Below are positions 59,999 to 64,000 of a DNA stretch of 64,000 nt, one piece after another. Under the pieces are notes generated by a model. That model saw nothing but the letters and a program-made list of their open reading frames with translations. It was not told the origin of the DNA and did not search any database. This DNA comes from an uncultured Planctomycetaceae bacterium (lineage in GTDB: Bacteria > Planctomycetota > Planctomycetia > Pirellulales > PALSA-1355), in assembly GCA_963785305.1 (NCBI GenBank), contig CAWAUV010000002.1, forward strand, positions 160,001-224,000, read 5' to 3'. How positions within the stretch are numbered: position 1 is the first letter of the stretch; every line of letters begins with the position of its first letter. The position numbers were made by a program, and so were the translations under genes.

Positions 59999-61257
59999 TC
60001 ATAACGTGGCGTAAACACCGGCCAACTCTTGGCCAATAAGAGACCAATCGTGCGTTCTCGCGGTTTCCAAAGCCTTCTTCGCCGCCGAGCCACGGGCGTC
60101 GGGATCTCCCAGCGCCTCGATCAAGACGTTCGATAACGAATCCGGATTCCCGGATCGGAACAAGAAACCATTGTCGCCGTGCGTGATGAGTTCGGACATT
60201 CCGGGGATATCCGAGGCAATGATCGGTAGCCCCCAGCTCATCGCCATCAGCAGAACACCGCTCTGATAAACCTTCCGATAGGGCAGCAGAACGATATCCG
60301 TCGCGCTGTGGTATAGACTCGCTTCGTCATCGGGAATGTACCGAATGTCCGCCCTCACGCGCGATGCGATGTCGAGACGTTCGATGCTCGCCTGATAGCG
60401 CGCGAAGTCGTCCTTCCAGGGTTTGCCCGCGATAACGAGATAAAACTCCGGAAATTTCGCCACGACCTTTGGCAGGGCCTCGAGCAATATGTCGAGGCCC
60501 TTGGCTGTCTTGATTTGCCCAAACATCAAACCCACGATCGCATTGGGCGGTAGATCGAGTTTTCGCCGAGCCGTGGCCATATCCACGCGGCCGTGTATCG
60601 AGTCGATATAATTTCCGTGCCGGATTCTGGAGACCTTGCATTCGGGCACGCCGACAATGTCGATCAATTCGTTGAAACTCACCATATTATGCGCAACGAT
60701 GGCGTCGCTCGCGTTTAGAATGCGGCGCTGTAGTCCCCCGCGACTATCGCCGCAAAGGCTCTCCACGTCGTGGATCGTCGCCACCACTCGCAGGCCAAGC
60801 AGTTTGGCCAGTCTCACGCAAAGATATTCTAGCGCGGTCGCATGAAAAAAATGAAAATGAACGCACTTCGCGCGATTGACTTTCGCCGAAATCAGGCTGA
60901 TTAAAAGCCCTCGCACGAAGAACCCCGCCCGTAGAATTTTCGGCGCATTGCCAAACGCGCCCGGAATGCCGGCACGACCTTGAATGGGCATCGAAGCGCG
61001 GCGCTGCCATGATCCGAGGTAAACAACATCGGTTCGTAGTCCGCGGTCATTAATCCCAGGCAAAGCCCCTGATTGTAGAGGTGCATGCCCCCACGAGCGC
61101 CGACGGGCTCGATCACGACGACACGCGGAGGCCGGCTCCGCGACGTTTCGCGATGGGCGGGCGAGCCGCTCGATTCGTCGTCGGGCAACGTCATGGGGAT
61201 GCCGCCCGGTTCGTGTTGGCGGCGGATCGCGGATGCGTCAGGCAACGGGTTCATCAT
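59999..61257 (-). CDS. GT4 glycosyltransferase (frameshifted)
   Basis: FGQIKTAKGLD, LPYRKVYQSGV, GLPIIASD. Confidence 0.85.
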
Positions 61258-62631
61258 TGCTCCGGGCCTTTAGGGCCCTGGCCTCCGGCCGCGATTGAGC
61301 CACGTTGGTCGACGATTCCGCCAAGAGCAGCTCATATTGTTCGAGTATTTGTTCCCATTTGAAGATTCCTTGATGTCGATGAAGCGCGGCCCGGCGCATG
61401 CGCGGCAGTTCAGGATTTTCCGCAAGCAACAGCGAATCAAGTTCTCCAAGGCAACTCGCCTCATCCATGAAATAAGAAGCCGCGTCGTCGACGACCCAGC
61501 GATTGAAGCGGTTGTCGTGCGCCAGGACCGCGCAGCCCGCTCCCAGGGCTTCGACCAGCGAGGGGTTCGTTCCGCCGACGGTGTGGCCGTGGATATAAAG
61601 CCGCGCGTGGAACCGAAGCGCCTCGACGATCGCGGTGTCGTAGATCGCGCCGGGAAACAGCACTTCGTCGCTCGCCGCGTCGAGCACCTCGCGGTGATAC
61701 TCGCACTTCGTCGGATCGTATTTCCCCAGCACCACCAGCTTGATTCCGCGGCGCCGCGCGAAAACGCCCGCACGATTTCAAGAATCGAATTCTCCGGCTC
61801 CGGCCGGGCGATCACCAGCGCATACGACCTCGGTTCGAGCCCCAGCGGAGCCAGCAAGCAGGGGTCGGCATCGCGCACTTCGGGAGCGCCGTAGGGAATC
61901 ATCGTGATCTTCTCGGTAGAGACGCGCGTGGCGAGATGCGCCTTGATCTCTGGATGATCGGCGATCAAATGCTCGCCCAACACGCAGCCGAGCCGTTCGT
62001 TTGCATAAAGCCAAGCCCGCTCATGCCAGCGCCATTTTTGTCGCTGCCACTCGAGGCCATCCATGTTGAACACATTGGGCACGCCTAAGAGGCGATAGAG
62101 CGTTGCAAACGCGGCGGTGTTGTAGCCGAGCGTCAAGACCAGCGACCCGCGCCGAGCGGCGTGCAATGTCGATTTCCAATCGAAAAGAATCGTGCCCAGG
62201 GCGCCGCCACGCGAAACCGGGATCATCACTCGCCGCACGCCGCGCCAGGTGTCTTCGCTGATTTCGTCGGGACCATCGGCCGCACATTCGGTCTGGCAGT
62301 ACACGGTCACATTCCAACCGCGCTCGACCAAAAACAATGCGAGCCTCTCGGCGAATGTCTCGAAGCCGCCATGTCGAGCCGGCACGCCGCGGGTTCCGAG
62401 AATCGATAAGGCCGGCGCCGATGGATCGCCCGAGGGCGACGATGGGCCACGCATGCGTCGCGAGCGTCGCGGCGCCGCGAGCGCGCCACCGGGGGCATGC
62501 ATGCGATGCGCGCGATCGATCGCCGGTTCGATTCGCGGCGGTTGCGGCGACATGCTCGTCGCGGTCGCGGCGGCTCGGGCCGATCCGTTCGATGTTCGCA
62601 TTTTCCAGACATTCCACCCAAGCATCGGCAA
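61238..62631 (-). CDS. GT-B glycosyltransferase, DUF1972-like (frameshifted; start uncertain)
   Basis: ILGTRGVPARHGGFET, NMDGLEW, ARPEPEN, HGHTVGGTNPSLVEA. Confidence 0.85.
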
Positions 62632-62766
62632 GCATCCTATTAGCGGTCGATTACGATGTTCCGCGTTGTCATGGCCTCAATGGCATGGACTTTTCGCCGT
62701 CGAACCACGTCGCGGGAATGGCTCCTCGCACGCAGTTCAACGAGGCCGTTCATCTTGGCCTGTCGT

Positions 62767-63345
62767 TCAACTGGGCGGCGAGCAAACCGGCTCGCGTCCC
62801 CGGGCAGTGAACAGCGCGGCGAGCGATTCGCCGCTCGCGTCTTTGAGCGAGAGCAGCGGCTCGCTTATCGGCCAAGCCACGCCCACCTCGGGATCGTTCC
62901 ATTGCAGCGTGCGTTCATATTGGGGCGCGTAGTAGTCGGTGCATTTGTAGACCAACTCGGTGTCGTCCTCGAGCGAGCAGAAACCATGGGCCAAGCCGGG
63001 TGGCACATAGAGCTGCCGCTTATTGTCGTCGCTGAGCGCCACCCCGACCCATGAGCCAAAGGTCGGCGAGCCCGGACGCAGATCGACCGCCACATCGAAT
63101 ACTTCGCCGCGCACCACGCGCACCAGCTTGCCTTGCGGCTGCTTCCACTGAAAATGCAAGCCACGCAAAGTGCCGCGGCGGCTGCGCGAATGGTTGTCTT
63201 GCACGAATTCATGAGGCAACCCGGCGGCCTGGAACTCCGCGCGGTGGTAGGTTTCCATGAAGAAGCCGCGCGCGTCGCCGAAGACCGCCGGCTCGACGAT
63301 CAGCACGCCTTCGATCGACGTTTGTCGGATGTTGAATTTGCCCAT
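62767..63345 (-). CDS. rmlC: dTDP-4-dehydrorhamnose 3,5-epimerase
   Basis: DARGFFME, QDNHS, RGLHFQ, AHGF. Confidence 0.95.
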   Translation of the reverse strand: MGKFNIRQTSIEGVLIVEPAVFGDARGFFMETYHRAEFQAAGLPHEFVQDNHSRSRRGTLRGLHFQWKQPQGKLVRVVRGEVFDVAVDLRPGSPTFGSWVGVALSDDNKRQLYVPPGLAHGFCSLEDDTELVYKCTDYYAPQYERTLQWNDPEVGVAWPISEPLLSLKDASGESLAALFTARGREPVCSPPS

Positions 63346-63399
63346 GCCCTGTTTCGCTCCCCGGCCGTTTCTCGGTTCCTCGGCGTCTCGGCAGCGCCG

Positions 63400-64000
63400 C
63401 TAGCGGGTTGAAAGCGCGCGGGTCGACTGATTGTTCCGCTTCGGCTGCCGCGTGCGATTGCCGGTCGATTCCTCTGAAGCTCGCTGCGCGATTTCCGAGA
63501 GATAGATGCCGTAGTCGTTTTTGTATTCGAGCGCGAGCATCGCCAAACGGTCGCGATCGATATACCCCATGTGAAAGGCGACTTCCTCGGGGCAGGCGAT
63601 CTTAAGACCCTGGCGAAGCTCGATCGTTTGCACATAGCTGCTGGCTTGCATCAACGATTCGTGCGTGCCGGTGTCGAGCCAAGCGAAGCCGCGCGTGAAC
63701 GACTCGACCCGAAGTTGGCCTTGGCGGAGATACCGCTCGTTCACGGCCGTGATTTCGAGTTCGCCGCGGGCCGAGGGCTTGAGATTCGCCGCGATGTCGA
63801 CCACTTGATTGTCGTAGAAATAGAGCCCGGTCACGGCGAGCGACGAACGCGGCTTCGCGGGTTTCTCTTCGATCGAGATCGCGCGTCCGCGGCCATTGAG
63901 CTCCACGACGCCATAGCGTTCCGGATCGCGCACCGGATAGGCGAACACGGTCGCGCCCGAACTGCGGCCGGCGGCGCGGGCAAGCATCGCCTGGAATCCT
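63400..64000 (-). CDS. rmlA: Glucose-1-phosphate thymidylyltransferase (3' part)
   Basis: ERYGVV, EEKP, TGLYFYD, RGELEIT, WLDTGT. Confidence 0.95.
   Translation of the reverse strand, partial: GFQAMLARAAGRSSGATVFAYPVRDPERYGVVELNGRGRAISIEEKPAKPRSSLAVTGLYFYDNQVVDIAANLKPSARGELEITAVNERYLRQGQLRVESFTRGFAWLDTGTHESLMQASSYVQTIELRQGLKIACPEEVAFHMGYIDRDRLAMLALEYKNDYGIYLSEIAQRASEESTGNRTRQPKRNNQSTRALSTR

Overview
GC-rich bacterial window, most likely a planctomycete (two DUF1559 prepilin-type genes, a planctomycete-type L28, a PEP-CTERM-like protein, tRNAs without encoded CCA). Many genes, including gatB, carry frameshifts, which points to uncorrected sequencing indels. The left 5.7 kb is a minus-strand translation-related island: an RbfA-like gene, rtcB and an array of at least 34 atypical tRNA genes that runs off the window edge. 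The two units share an ECF-type promoter motif and each has an attenuator-like leader. The array also contains a boxA-like element, a Shine-Dalgarno-led mini-ORF, a tRNA-Ile(UAU), four tRNA-Leu without a variable arm and six tRNAs with C33. The rest holds miaB, ppa, an HNH nuclease, a two-component pair, rsmG, arsR-arsC-arsM, hisS, a RAYT transposase with REP repeats, and gatC-gatA-[vsr-dcm-Eco29kI-like]-gatB. It continues with rpmB, an IS3-family element with a structured 3' noncoding region and a duplicated left end, tRNA-Ala, an RGPP-ending upstream ORF before a DUF1559 gene, and a Wzx/Wzy polysaccharide cluster ending in rmlC-rmlA. All calls are from motif recognition by eye; no searches were run.
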